Shown here one piece after another: positions 34,949 through 48,000 of a stretch of 64,000 bases of DNA. A program made the translations under genes and the position numbers. The DNA is from Lama guanicoe (lineage: Eukaryota): the NCBI GenBank assembly GCA_013239625.1, contig MU056270.1:1-64000 (forward strand), given 5' to 3'. Position 1 is the first letter of the stretch. Every line of letters starts with the position of its first letter. A model generated the notes under the pieces. The model did no database searches and was not told the DNA's origin. It saw only the letters and a program-made list of their open reading frames with translations.

Positions 34949-37900
34949 GTCTGCAGGGATCTCTCCACCAACAGTCAATCCTGAAACTTCTTCAAGTCCC
35001 CGCTCCTCACTGAAACTTTCTCAGGCCCCCTAATTCTACCAGGGCGTTTCCCTCCTTAGACCCGACCCTACTTAGTGCATCCCCACCCCCACAGATTAGC
35101 GCTGGACACTGACGTAAACATTGCGGAACCTTGCGTTTGTCTCGCCCCACACCCTCGGCTAGGCTGTGAGATTACTGAGGGCAGCCATGTTTATCTTCCT
35201 GCAGGTGCAGGCGCCTGGCGACTGCGCCATAAATGCTTGTTCACCCAGGTGGTTTCCTGAAGCACAGGATGAAAAATAAACTTAAATTCTAAGGTTGATC
35301 AAGCCAGTGCTTCAGTCTGCTGGCTCCTTTGAGGGACAGCAGGGTATGGAAGCAGAGGAGTCTTGTTTAAATGCAAGAGGGAAGTTCTAGAGTTTCCACA
35401 GAATTTAAGCTTTTCTTATTCTGAGGACTACACCTGGAAATGGAACTCGAGTTACCAGCTAGACTCATGGCTGTCCTTTGAAGTTTAAATAAAATTTGAC
35501 TCAACCCTCAACAATGGCAAAAGACATTTTCTCCCATCCTGGGACTCTTTGGGAAGTTATGTGTTCAGAAGTCACTTCCATCTCCCCACGTCTGCTTTGC
35601 TGGGACCCTCTGCTTCCCCCTTCATCTCCCGTGGCTGGCCTCTCCTTCCCACTCTGGGCAGGTCCTGCCTCGGCCTTTAGCTCCTCGCCCCTATGTCTCT
35701 CAAAATCTCCCACAGGGGGCTTTTATGTGAGTAGAAGTCTTTAGAGAAGGTTAGAGAGACAGGGCGAAAAATGAAACAGAAAAAAGCCCTATTTATTGGC
35801 GGCGGGTGGTGGTGGTGGGGGGTGGCCTATTTTTAAAGGTCCTTCGGCAACCGCAGTCCAGGAGTTCCCTACAAATCTGCTTTTTGCTCCAAACTTCAGC
35901 CTCCTGCTAGGTAGCTCTGCACCTTCTCTACCTTCTTTCCTTTTCCTGAGATCCTCCAGCTCCTCTAAACCACTTCTGCGGAGCAACCAACAATCCCTGC
36001 CTGCCAGGTAGGCTAGGATGATCTCACCCTACGCAGAGCCAGCACTCTCTCCCTCTAAAAACACCCTTCCTTTTGTTCCTGCCACTGCAGGACGATGGAG
36101 CTCTGCGTTCCCGTGAAGAGAGGTATTGGCTGAGACACGCAGGGGTCGGGGGCTGGCCTGGGGAGAGGGGGAGTCGCTGGCGCAGCTCTCACGGCTTCAT
36201 TGTGTGTCGCAGCGGTTTTCTTTCCAACCAGACCTTGGAGGGCTGTGGGCACCTTTAAAGCCCCACGTGTCAGACAGTCACCAGACTGACCGACCCCCAG
36301 AACCAGCCAGAGCACCTGTGGCCACCCCCGCACGGGACGGGGGCAGATAAAGGCCTCACTCACACTAAAGACACACAGACAAACATGCCGCTTGGGAAGG
36401 ACTCGCTTTTGCTGATGCACAGAAAGTGCTCTAAGGTTTGTGATTCTTATTTTGCAGCTGATACCAGCTTATTATAACCTCGCTGGGAGAAATGATCTCC
36501 GTGAATATTTTAGTGCTTGTCCTGCTCTACGAAGAGCCCTTAGGAAGGAAGGGAAACAATTGGGTCAGTTTCACCCAAGAAAAAGGCCTTTCTTACTTTA
36601 CAGGGTCAGAGACCTCGTCTTCTCCTGCTGCTGAGAAGTGTCACATCCCACCCCGAAGGTAACGCGGATACCCTCCGGGGGAGCTCAGGGCTCTCCTGGT
36701 GCTCTGGTCCCTTAGAACTATTTGAGATGCTCCATGTTGATTGAGTGCCAACTATTGTTACCAGACACCCACCCAGGTGAAGGGGCAGCATTGGAACAGA
36801 CAGACCTCTCCCCACAAGGTCCTTCCCTGGGGGAGGAGACAGAGGGAGGAATTCCCTTCATTCCTCTGGCCGTCAGTTTCCTCCCCGAGTACATAAACGG
36901 GGGAGCTTGGACCAGAAGTTAAATGTCTTCAGAGCTTGGGAAAACCATTTGAAATGCCTGTGTGTTGTAAGCGAGAACATCTCTTCAAGGTTCCTTCTTT
37001 TATCTTTTAAATTGTGATGAACTCTGCACTTTACTTCTTGGTATGTTCAAGTATTTTAAAATATTAAAACAATGTTTAAAATGACTTTCCATGGAGTAAA
37101 AGTTATGCTTGGGGAAAGTATGCATTGACTATCCAGTGCCTACACACCTGCTTAGAAAGACACTCCGCCTTGAGAAGCAGGACTCTTTCTGCTCTGAAAG
37201 AACATGGGAAGGACCTGGACTGACATTTTCTTGATAGCCAGTGCAGCAGGCAAGCTATCCAGCACTTGGTGCCTGGGGTGGGCAGAGGAAACCACTGAGT
37301 GGGAACAAATTTTCAGAAAAGAGAAGCTGAAGACAAACTTCCCAATTGTGCCAGACGGGCCCTGAGGTCTGGGTCCTGTTGCTTCAGTCCCTGGCTGATT
37401 AGATGACTGCATGCGTGTTTTACAGCCCCCAGACTCTCTCCACGAATGATGTAATCCTCACAGTTACTCTGTGAGGCAGAGAGCTTGATTCCCGTCTGAC
37501 AGGTCTGGAAGCACACCCAGAGGAAGGGCACCTTGCTTCGGGCCATGCAAACAGGGGACTCAGACGATGCCCCCGATACCAGATTGGGAGCTTCTTCCCT
37601 GTACTGCATGCACTCTCTGGGACCCACAATTCCTATAAATTACTCAAAAGTACAGGTGTGCTAGAATGGTCATGGAGTGGGTGTGTTTTGCTTGTTATCA
37701 GGTAGCAGAGACATTAAGCAAGGTTCCTAACGGAAGCCTGAAGGCCAGCTGGGACCCGGCTGACCCACTGACCACACCTTCCTTTGGCTAGTTTGCCTCC
37801 AGATGAGGAGCGAGAGTCCAATGACAGCTCCACGGCGGTCTGAGGGCCCCCACAGTAATTGCTGGTCCCGGGTAGCAGCCCGGCTGGTAGGGGGTCACCT

Positions 37901-38069
37901 GCCTCACTCCCTGAGCCCTTTTCAGAGTAGCCAGGATGCGTGAACTCTGCTGGGAGTCCTCCAGGAAGAAGAAAGGCTTCTTCTCAGAACTCCTTTAGAA
38001 GCCGAGTTCTAAAGAAACCCCAAATGTTCCTCATAAGGCGAGGACTTTTCTCTGCCTAAGAGATCAAGT

Positions 38070-38220
38070 CACGGCTGCTGGGGCAGGCGGGCAGGGAGGG
38101 CGCATCGCGGGTCTCCCCCGAGGAAGCCCTGTTGGGGCGCTCACAGCACTCTCTCCTTCTGCCAGCCGGTGGCCCCGCCCCTCCCCCGGCAGGAGCAGCT
38201 TGTTTCCTGCTCTGCAAAGT
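38070..38220. promoter_or_regulatory. Small GC/CpG-rich patch with a GC box (possible enhancer or promoter)
   Basis: GGCCCCGCCCCTCCCCC (Sp/KLF box, 38171-38187), clustered CpGs and a nearby TTCCTG; motif evidence only. Confidence 0.25.
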
Positions 38221-41200
38221 GGGAGCAATGAAAACCCTCGTCAAGGGTGCTTTCCTTTGAGTTTTGAGAACTGAGCCTGACTGCCTTTAGCTTCGTTCTC
38301 CTCTACGCATGGGCCTCGTTTGAAATCTGCATCAACGGTTCTCAGAATAATTCAGGTCTGGGTGTGTGTGGTGGGGAGGGTGGGGGGCCCGGTCAGCGGT
38401 TTAGAACTTTGCGGAAAGGTTGGAGCTTCATGTCGACTGTCGGCAGAGGTGTGTGAGAAGTTCAGCCGCAGGGTGGTCCTGGGAGGGCCGGCTGGGCCAG
38501 GCGGTGGCAGGGGGACTGCAGGGCACGGGGAGGGAGGAGGGCAGCAGGGAATTTCTTCCGGCCCACAAGGGAGCCTGTCCTTGAGGAAGGGGAAAGCACA
38601 AAAGTGACCACTGCACAAACAGCTACGTTGCCTACTGATTTTCACATGCTGGTGAGATCAGTAAAAAGAGAAAGGGAAGGAGGCTGCATGTATCATGAAA
38701 CTAAGCCATAAATAATGAAAGTACCAGTTACTCCCTGGGAGTATCTGTTTCTAACTGACTTTTTGTCAGATGGGGCAGGTATAAGCCAAAACAGCAAGAC
38801 CAAAGAAGCAGCTATTCTGTGCGGATGACAACTGAACTGAGAGGCTGTTTCTACATTGGTGTCTATGGTGGGCTGAGTGCTAGCTGAAGTCTCCCCGCTC
38901 TCGAGCGATGCTCCATGGCTCTGCCCTGTTACTGTACCTTCTGTGAGAAGCCTAGTGGCCCCACGGGCCTCGGGGACTCTCCTGGCCGCTGCCGGGCCCC
39001 TTGGCACCCCCTGAGCTCACACACCCCCTTGGCTCTCAGCCCCCACAACAGTCCCACCCCTCCCCCTACACAGCTCTAACGTGGAACTCGCTCCTCTCTT
39101 GGGGATCCCACACCCCCAGACTGTAGCCCGTGATGTCAGGCGTGCTGCAGGTGCCGCAGGCTCAGTGTGCAGGGGGCTGTCAGCAGATGTGCCCAGAAGC
39201 CAGCCGGCTGCTGTCCTCACCCTCCCCCAGCCTGACTCCAGGGCCCTTGCCTTCCTAGCAAGGGAAGAAAGGACAGACATCCCTCTCCCCACGTCTCCAC
39301 TCTCTCCCTGCCCACCAGCTCCTTCCCATGCGGCCCTGCCTTCAGCCTCCCTCTCCCCACTCGGCTCAGGCCTTCCCTTCACTCGCTCTTCGAGAACTCA
39401 GTGGTGCTGAAAGGAGTGGCTTCACCCCTCAGCAGCAGAGCAGGGCTGGCAGCTCCTGTGCAAATACCAGGTTGTCCTTTTCCCTCTTCTCCCCCAGTCT
39501 CGCCAGATGTAAGGGTGAAGGGTAGGGGTTTCCCATGAGTGATGTCCACTGTACCACACCTTCTTAGAGTGCAGGACATAGAAAACAAACAACAGTTTTG
39601 AATAATGAAAGTTTTTCTGTTTCTTCAGCAAGTGAAGATGAGTACTGTTTAATAACGCAGTCACGTGCTACTTGTTCCTGAAGAAACACTTGCTTGTGCC
39701 ACGTTCACCTTAACGTGACGTGAAGGCCTTTGCTTGTTCTGTCTCCACAACCCAGATCTCCTCTCCCCGCCTGCTCTTCCTCCCCGGCCACCTCAGGCAG
39801 CGTCTCCTCCTCCCTCTTCCTTGTCCGTCAGAATCCCACCCTGCCTCCCACAATGGACCGGCCGTTTATCTTGTCTGTACTCCTTGTTTAACTATTCCGC
39901 ACACCTGTGTCTTCTCTCCTTGATTTCAGACAGACTGTTCAAGGCTTCCTGAATTTTAAGCCCTGAGGTCGTCTACAACTACACACAGCGGCAGTGAGGT
40001 GCTCTTGGGCACGTGACTCCACCAGTCCAAACGTCTGCTTCCTCACCTGCAAAGTGAACATGAAAACAGTCCCTTCTTCAGAAGTGACGCTGTGAGGACT
40101 ACATGAGGCTGTGCTTCAGAGAGCTGTGCACAGTGCTGACACACAAGAAGGTCTCACTGCACGTCAGCTTTCGTTCTGCTGTGGATGACGGTCAGCGTGG
40201 AAGGGTGAGCAAAGCCACGAAAGTGAGGAGAAACTGACCAAGTGCGTGAAGTAACCAGCCAAGCAAGAGGAAACACAGCAGCCCAGGCGGTTATCTGAAT
40301 TACTGTCCATCAGAAAGAAGCCTGGTTGTCAGCTCGACTTCCTAGCATTCCAGCAGGTGACGGCATGTTCTGCAGACAATATGGTTCCTTAGGAGACTGC
40401 TCTGGCCACCAGGAGGAGCACAGCGTGTCCCCCTTACAAAGACCACTCTCGGCCAACAGCAAGAATAGGAAGTGATGACAACACTTGGCCTGCTGGCCAA
40501 CTGGAGTGGAAGGGGAATTCTTCCACAGGTCATCGTAATTCCCCAAACTGAAAACTGAAAATTCGACCGAGTAGCCAGAAGGTTCAAAAGGGGCCTCTGC
40601 TTGTCAACCCATGGCTGCCTTGCTGGGTTTCAGGCGGGGTATCAGTATGAGCTTTTCCTGTAGCGCAGGCTGGCATGCTGCTTCTGTCCTGACTCAAGGA
40701 ACCACTCGTGACCTTCTGACTCACCAGCACCTCCTTCTGCAGCTTCTAGACACGAGACTCCCTCCCCCTAGAGCCAACCAATGACAAAGCTCGTAACCAG
40801 CAGTGACTAAACATGCGCTAGATGTCAAGTGCTGTGCGTTGTGTCAGCACAACAGACTCCTGAGGTGCCTACATCTGTTTCCCCCTTTTTACAGAGGAGA
40901 GGACCAGGCTGTGACATTTGGGTGAACGGCCCCAGAACACATTTTTTAGGCAGCAAACTGCAGACCCAAGATCCACGGCTCCAAAGTGCACATGCTTAAC
41001 TACCGGACAATGAGACTGAGCTTCTCTCAGCCCACAGAGTTTGGGGTTAGGGTCAGGACCATAGCTAGCAGACCAAATAAGCGCATACCTGGCATGACTT
41101 GAAATGCAGTAACACGAGCAGGCAGCTGCGATGGAAACCCCGTCCACATTTCCTGAAGGTCACATATTGCTCATCTCTTTAGATCAACGCCTTAAGACTC

Positions 41201-44200
41201 TAAGCAAATGCTATGTACTGGGGAAGGAAAATGATAGCTATTAAACACGTGCTAGGGGTCAGGTAACTGCTCCTGGGTGACTTCTGGACACAGCAAATTG
41301 TGCGAGCCTCTGCCCTGGGGCACGCCTCCATTCTCTCTGCTTCACCATCTCCCCCTGTAGATGACTCAGACCTCTCCGTCTTGTTCCTGAATTCAACTCA
41401 CACTTTCTGGTAATTTGACAGAAATCTCCAGCCAGCTATCCCTCCAGCACTCAGTAGCCTCAAAATCAGACTGTTTTCAGCCCCACCTAAAGCCTCTCTG
41501 GCTTCTCCATTCCTATCAGTGTTGGCAACCTCTGTCCGTCACCCAGGTGGGAAAACGCAGTCACCCTGGAGTCTCCCTTTAACTGGGGAGTAGATTCTGA
41601 CTCTGGAAAGCTCCTTGAAGCCGCCTTCCTCTGCTCTCCACTCCTGTGGTTTTTGTCCTTATTCAAGGGCTCTTTGCTCCCCACCATGCCCACCACTACC
41701 ACCACACAGGCCTACTGGCCTGTGCTGACAGCCTCCTGTCCCACCTCCCTGCTCTCCCCACCACCGCCCTCTGCAGACCGCTCAGCCCTAGGCCCACCAC
41801 TGCTGTGAACTTGCAAAGACGCCTTCCCTCCGCTGGGTGATGTCACTGAAGGCCATTGGCAGGGCAGCTCTAACGCATGTCCCTGCAGGCTTCCCCAGCC
41901 CCTAGACAAGCTCTGTCCCACCTCAGCTTACGCAGTCCTCTCCGTTGGAATGCTCTTGCCCCCTCTCCACATAAACACTCCTTGGCTTTTGTTAAGACCC
42001 TCCCAAAGGCACACTTTCCCCAAGGCCTTCGCTCTGTCCTGGGAAAGAGCAGCAAGCTTGGGGACAGGACATCTGAGTCTCAACCCAAACCTTCTGCTTA
42101 GCAGCTGGGTGGTCCCAGAGAAGCCAACTCTATGGAAAGGGACCGAAAGGGGGTGGTAGGTAGGATCGAAACAACGGGAATCGGGCTGTTCGGGGCACCA
42201 GGAAGACAGCGTTGGAATCTCAGTTCAACCCATGAGAGCTACGTGGCCATATTTGGGTTCTCTGGACTTTCTCTATTATTTGGTTTTTCTCACCCGCAAA
42301 AATGAGAACAAGAGCACCTCCTTTAGAGGAGTTCTGTGAGGATGAGAATTACCAAATGCGAGGTGCTCAGTACAGGACCCTTGACAGAGGTATTTTACTA
42401 TGTGTTTACCAGGCTTCCTGTCCAACGAGCATCACACGGTCACTGTGAGCATTGCTCTTGGACCTTTGCACCTCCCTTAAAGCCTCGTCTTTCTTTGTCA
42501 TGTTTTACACGTATTGTAAGGTTGTCTTTCCCGTCACTGAGCTTGGAGCTTCCTGGAAGAGGGGCTGTTTCCTGCGTATCTTTGTGCCCGTTGTATAAAC
42601 TAGCAAAGAGCCCAGGACACAAAAAGGCTCAGGAGTGCCGGATTTGGTTAAACTTGAGGAGGGAAAAGGAGTCCCTGGCGGGCAGGGAGGGTGGGAGGGG
42701 ATGTCCTTCGAGGCAGAGCAGTAGGGCCTCAGGGACAGTTAGGGTCAGCCCGAGAACAGCCACAGTGGAGGGACCCAGGGAAGCCAGGCCCTGGGTTTCC
42801 AGAATCTGGTGTCTTCACAGCCTGCCTCCCAGGGAGGACAGGAGGCTTGTGCTGCAGCGCGGCTTGATGTGGGTGAAAACAACCCACGGTCACCCAGGCC
42901 TAGGTTCCGATCTGGGATCTGCCCCTAACAGCTCCCTGAGCCCCAGATTACTCATCCACCAGGCCAAACAAGAATACGATCCTAGCTCCAGAGGGCTTTG
43001 AGATTTAATTCTATGCAAAGTGCCTTGCATAAAGATTTTCATCTTTGAATGTGATGACTGAGAGATCGAGGGAAAATGGCCGAAGGGCAGGATGAGTCTC
43101 AGCTCTAATCCCGTAGAAACCCCACCACGTTGCACTATCTCTTTGGTTTTAGGAAAACCCCCTCTGGGTCCCTGCCCTCCCAGGGGCTATGAACACAGAC
43201 ACCAGCTACTGGAAGTGATGCTCAAAGTCATGTACCACAACCACCTGCGTTCAGGGTGTGCATCCAGGGCAGAGGTACATGAGTCAGGGTGCCAGGGGTG
43301 CGGGCTGCTGTCCACGCTATTCAGAGCCCAAAGTGGGCTGAGAAGTCCAGTGGTGGTTGAATTATTGCCAAGTTAAGGCTGAAGGAAGCCCCAGATCCAG
43401 GCTTGTCTGACTTCAAAGCCCAGGCTCTCCCCTTGAGACCACGCTGTCTCAGAGACGGAGAAGACATTGTCCCAGTTCTTGGGACGCTTACGGCCTAATC
43501 CCAGCCTTCGGAGAAATGCACTAACTGATTGATATGATCAGAAGGAAGAGACATCACGTCCCCTTAATGACCAGATATTAAAACCAAAACACCCCCAGAC
43601 TCTTTACTGACCAACTGCCTCCTGTACCCCCTGCCATTTTGTTCTCCCTTCCAAGCAGAGGAACAGGGTGAAGACCTTGCGGAAACCCCTCCCCTTGTCT
43701 GTTTTCTGGCACCTGTACGTCAGAGAGGGGTACTGCTCCTTTGAGGCCTGAATGAATGTTCCAGAATCAGAGCAATTTGAGCAGTGGGGTTTCTATGAGG
43801 CAGCAAGTGTGCACGATGCTATAGGGTGTGGAAACCTTATTTCCTAAAAGGGAAGTGTCCCTTTAGCCCCGCATGCATACTGAAGGAGGTCACAGCACCT
43901 CACGGCCCCAAGGGGCTGAACGGGGCAAGAGAGCTGGAGGTAGTTCCCCTGAGGAGCGTAGGCCCACTATTTGGAGCTGATCTGTTGACCTGAGAGACAG
44001 TGATGGGTGATGCAGAATTTCAGCTTTGAAGGTGCTTGAGATCCTCGCAGGGGTTACTTTCTGTGGGTTCAACTTGGAAGAAGGGACCAGGCTGGAAGAA
44101 ATCAGGGCCCCTGCACTCATAAGGGAGGCATGTGGTAGAACAGGGAACCAGAAACGACCTTGGAGATTTAGTCAGCCCCTGCCCCTCACACCTTACACTT

Positions 44201-44829
44201 AAAGAGACAAGGCCCAGAGAGGCGAAGGCTGAGCCTAAGGTCACACAGCCAGCTGACGGGGGAACCAAATTCTCTTAGCAGCAATTCCACACTCTCTCCA
44301 CCACGGCAAGCAGCAGAACAAGACAGCACTGGTGGAAGTGAGGAGGTCAAACTGCTGTGCAAACTCCGACCGACCCTCTCACGGCTTCTAAGTCCACCCT
44401 CTCTCAGCCTGGAGGAGTAAATGACTCTCAGCATCCTCGAGGAGAACCACGCACTGTTCACCTTGCACGCCTCCCCAGCTCCACTCCTCTCCTGTTAAGC
44501 ACCACACCTTGCAGACAGTGCGGGTGGGCGCTGAGGGCACAGGCCACCATGCTTGGGCCCAGTGTGATCAGTAAACTGAGCAAATGTAAAGTAAAAGAAT
44601 GAATGAATGAATGAATGGTCTGTATTTTGACAATTTAAATTAATATCCTCCTAACTAATAAAAATGAGTGAGTTTTTAAAACGCAAACACAGGAAAAATT
44701 GTGTCACATCTCCTCACTAATAATGATACGTAACTTGTTCCATGCACTCAGATTGTATTGCGTGTGCTTAAATATTGTTTACACATTTGTTCACACAAGC
44801 CCTGTATTTTAGTTTTATTTATTCCTAAG

Positions 44830-45090
44830 TGTTTTTCCTAATTAAAAAAAAATTTCAAGTCCACAGAAAAGACAAAGGAACACCTAATGTACCCTTCGCC
44901 CTAGATCGGTCAAGTGTTAGCATCTTGCCTTGTTTGTGTTCTCCTTTTCTCTGACAAACCGTTTGAACGTAAGTTGCACACATCAGATCACCTCACGCCT
45001 AAAAGCTTCTGCGCGTGCTCTTTAAGAGCAAGGACATTCTCCTACACAACCACACTAACATTGTCACACCCCAAAAATTTAACATGTAAA
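44830..45090 (-). mobile_element. L1MC4/L1MC5-like 3' UTR fragment
   Basis: TTTGAACGTAAGTTGCACACATCA...AAGAGCAAGGACATTCTCCTACACAACCACA...TCACACCCCAAAAATTTAACA. Confidence 0.7.
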
Positions 45091-48000
45091 GACACGTAAG
45101 TTTTTCATGGAATTTAAATTGGAGCAGAATGTCTTGAGAGAAAATCAAATGTTCAGCCTCATTTCAGTTACTGGAGAAACTGAACCTCATGCTGCTTCAA
45201 CCCAGTTTCCTTGAACCCGCAAAGCCTCGATTTCTGTACTGAGGCCGGTCTAGGCTCTTCTGCCGCAGCCACCACCGCCGGCACACCCGCTGCAGACGCT
45301 GACCTTTCCACGCCTTACGCACGGGGACCCTGAAGAAACGGGTGCAGCTGAGGCTGCGCCCTTTCTCGTGCAGAGCTGGCTTCTCGGCTCCTCGGCCAAA
45401 GTCGTGAGATATTAGTGTTAGACTAGCTTTGGGGGTGCCGGGGAACTGGAGAGAAGGAAGACAGATCTTGCTGACCCGAAAAAATGTCTGCTTATTTCCA
45501 TTCCGTGAAGCCTGCTGTTTTCCACCAGATGGAGCAGAGCATCATGCAGACCTATCTTTCACATTACCGTTGTGCTGTATTTGCTCTGTCTCCTGAGGTG
45601 GCATTTCTAACCGAGGGTGCGAGGAAAGCGCCCAGTTCCTGTAAGTGCCACCCCCACCCCGGCTCCACGAAGCTGGCTGTGTGAAACTACAGCTGAGGGG
45701 TGAGGGGAGGCACAGTGACGCAGAGAGAAGCATACTCAAGTGGCTGAATTTGAAAAGAGCCACAAGAAACACGAAACGAGGGGGAGGTGGTGGTCATTCA
45801 CAAAGAGAGAGACTAGCAACTTCCCAAAAAATTTAACAAAGCTGCCAAAGACACAAAGAAGTGACTTGCAGCCTCGAGCAGGGCCCTCGGAACACTTCCA
45901 TCTCTGAGCCTCCTTAGGAAGGATGGCTACAGCGAATTCAGAACAAGCCATCTCCAGCCTTTGAGGACTGGGGTGCTGGGCGAAGCGGGTGAGGGGCGTC
46001 TGAGAGCTGACCGTGGGGCCGGCGGCTGGCTTTGCTGCCTGCTGCGTGGAGTCCCCACTTCTAGCGATTTACACGCAGGGAGAGGCATCTGGGGAGAGAA
46101 TACACTTAATGACAAGAAAGGAAACCTACTTTTCTTCCGAAACTGGTAAAAATTGTCAAGTTTGTAATTCCCAGAGCTGAAAGAGCTGTATTACCAAAGG
46201 AAGTGAAGACTCTGTGGTTCCATATTTGTAAGATGACTAACAATAACAAGAAAAAAATGAATGAATTCACATGCACGTTGACAAATATGAAACTTCTACT
46301 TTGGCTTCTTTCCCCAAAATTGTTTTTTTGGTCCCAAAGCTTTCCTCAAAAGAAAAAGAAAATGTAAGTGGGCTGTAAAGCTAGAGGGTGGGCTTACGTT
46401 AGGGTGGAAACTACTGTGGAGAGTATTTTGTAATTGTCAGAAAAAACATCGAACGACGCACGCAAGCTGAAAACACCGCATGGATGCTCGTGCTGCAGGC
46501 TCACCTTTTAAGGAGATAAACGGTTTTAAGATCTTTTAAACATAACAGATCTGCTGAGGGTGGACATCGAGGCAGCTGTGTTTTTCTCAGTTGGAAAATG
46601 CACACGGCCTCAGGAAGCGAGCTTCTGCTTCGGAGATTCTCTGCATCTGTGGGGGTCAACCTCGTTTTCCTTTTATCTGAGGGTGGAAAGTGTCATACTG
46701 ACACACCCAGTTATGTAATTTACTGCCTCCTTTTCTCTCTTGTATGTGTGTGAGATCACACGCTTGACTTTCCATGTCACCGGGTGTCCAGGGAGTGGAA
46801 GTTCAGAGAGGCCTCACGTGGGGAGTCCCCTTCCCTCCCACCCCCTCACACCCAAAGGCAGAGCGATGAGGCGCCTCCAGCTTGACAAGCTTGGCCCAGA
46901 AGGGGTCACTTTTTAATCCCATGCAAGCTCGTATAAACGTGGGGCTGTCACTCCTTTTGGGCGGAAGACGGCCCGGGAGTGACTTAGTGGCGTCCAGCAC
47001 GTTAGAATTAAGCTGTTTCTGTTTCCACGCTTGTGGGTTAGCGCCTAGTTTAGAGCTGTTAGAATTGAGGCGACTGGGCTGTGCAACGACGACAGTAACA
47101 AAATCCTTTCCCTCCATCAGGTTCCTGACAGAGTCTGAAAGGAGGGGTCCAGCTTCGGCTGGTCCTCCCGTCCTTTGCTTTGTGTAGGCTCTGCACAGCC
47201 AGAACACAGCGTCAGTTACCAGACAAACTTCGTTCCCGCTTTGAACATAGACTCTCCTTGTTGATGCCCAGTGTATCAGTGCTCACTTCTCTCAGAAGTA
47301 ATTTTTTAGAAAGTCTTCCAGCACACACGGCCCTCATTAGGCCCACTTGGCAGTTAGCCCATGTAGTCTTCCGTGGTTTTGTCACTGTGTCCTGTCTCCA
47401 CAACTAGTGTTTAAGTTGCCCAGATCTCATTCCGTCTGTGCCCCCACCTGCAGTGTGAGAGAACGGTGTCTGGACCACAACACAGATTCTAGAAGGTTTG
47501 TGAAGCCCTCCCACGCAACTAGATGGGAGGGGCACGGGTGGGGAGGGGTGCTGGGCTTCAGACTCTGAAGGCTGCGCGTCTTCAGGAAACAGAGATGCTT
47601 TCTTCTGTGCGTAACCAGCTTGATCACCTGGGGTAGCAGGCTGGCCACGTGTCAGGCCCCAGGTTGAACACTGTGGGGATGTATGTTCATTAAATCTTTG
47701 CAGCAACCCTATGAGGTAGAGAGATTACTCATCCCATTTAGGAGGAGGAAGGTCAGGCCCGGAGAGGTGCCCAGTGTTGACGTGAGGATTTAACAGTCCT
47801 TGCAGTGCAGCAGGGCAGGTGGGCGGTGCCGGTGCCCCCAGGCAGCCAGCAGCGGTTGACAAGTCACAGCCTGGCTTGGGCACCGCATCCCTACTTTGCA
47901 AGGTTTCCTTTGAGTGGCCACTCAAAGTTGCCCAACTCTGACCTTCAACTCGCTCATCTGTAAAACAGGTTCGGAAAATCCATCCCACGTTTCCCACATG

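Noticed and set aside
41043-41057. Second telomeric seed GGGGTTAGGGTCAGG
   Set aside because: Only about two units; expected by chance.
42336-43001. Longest N-free ORF (221 aa)
   Set aside because: It starts at a GTG, overlaps MIR and L2 remnants, has no recognisable domain, and has the composition of random GC-rich DNA.
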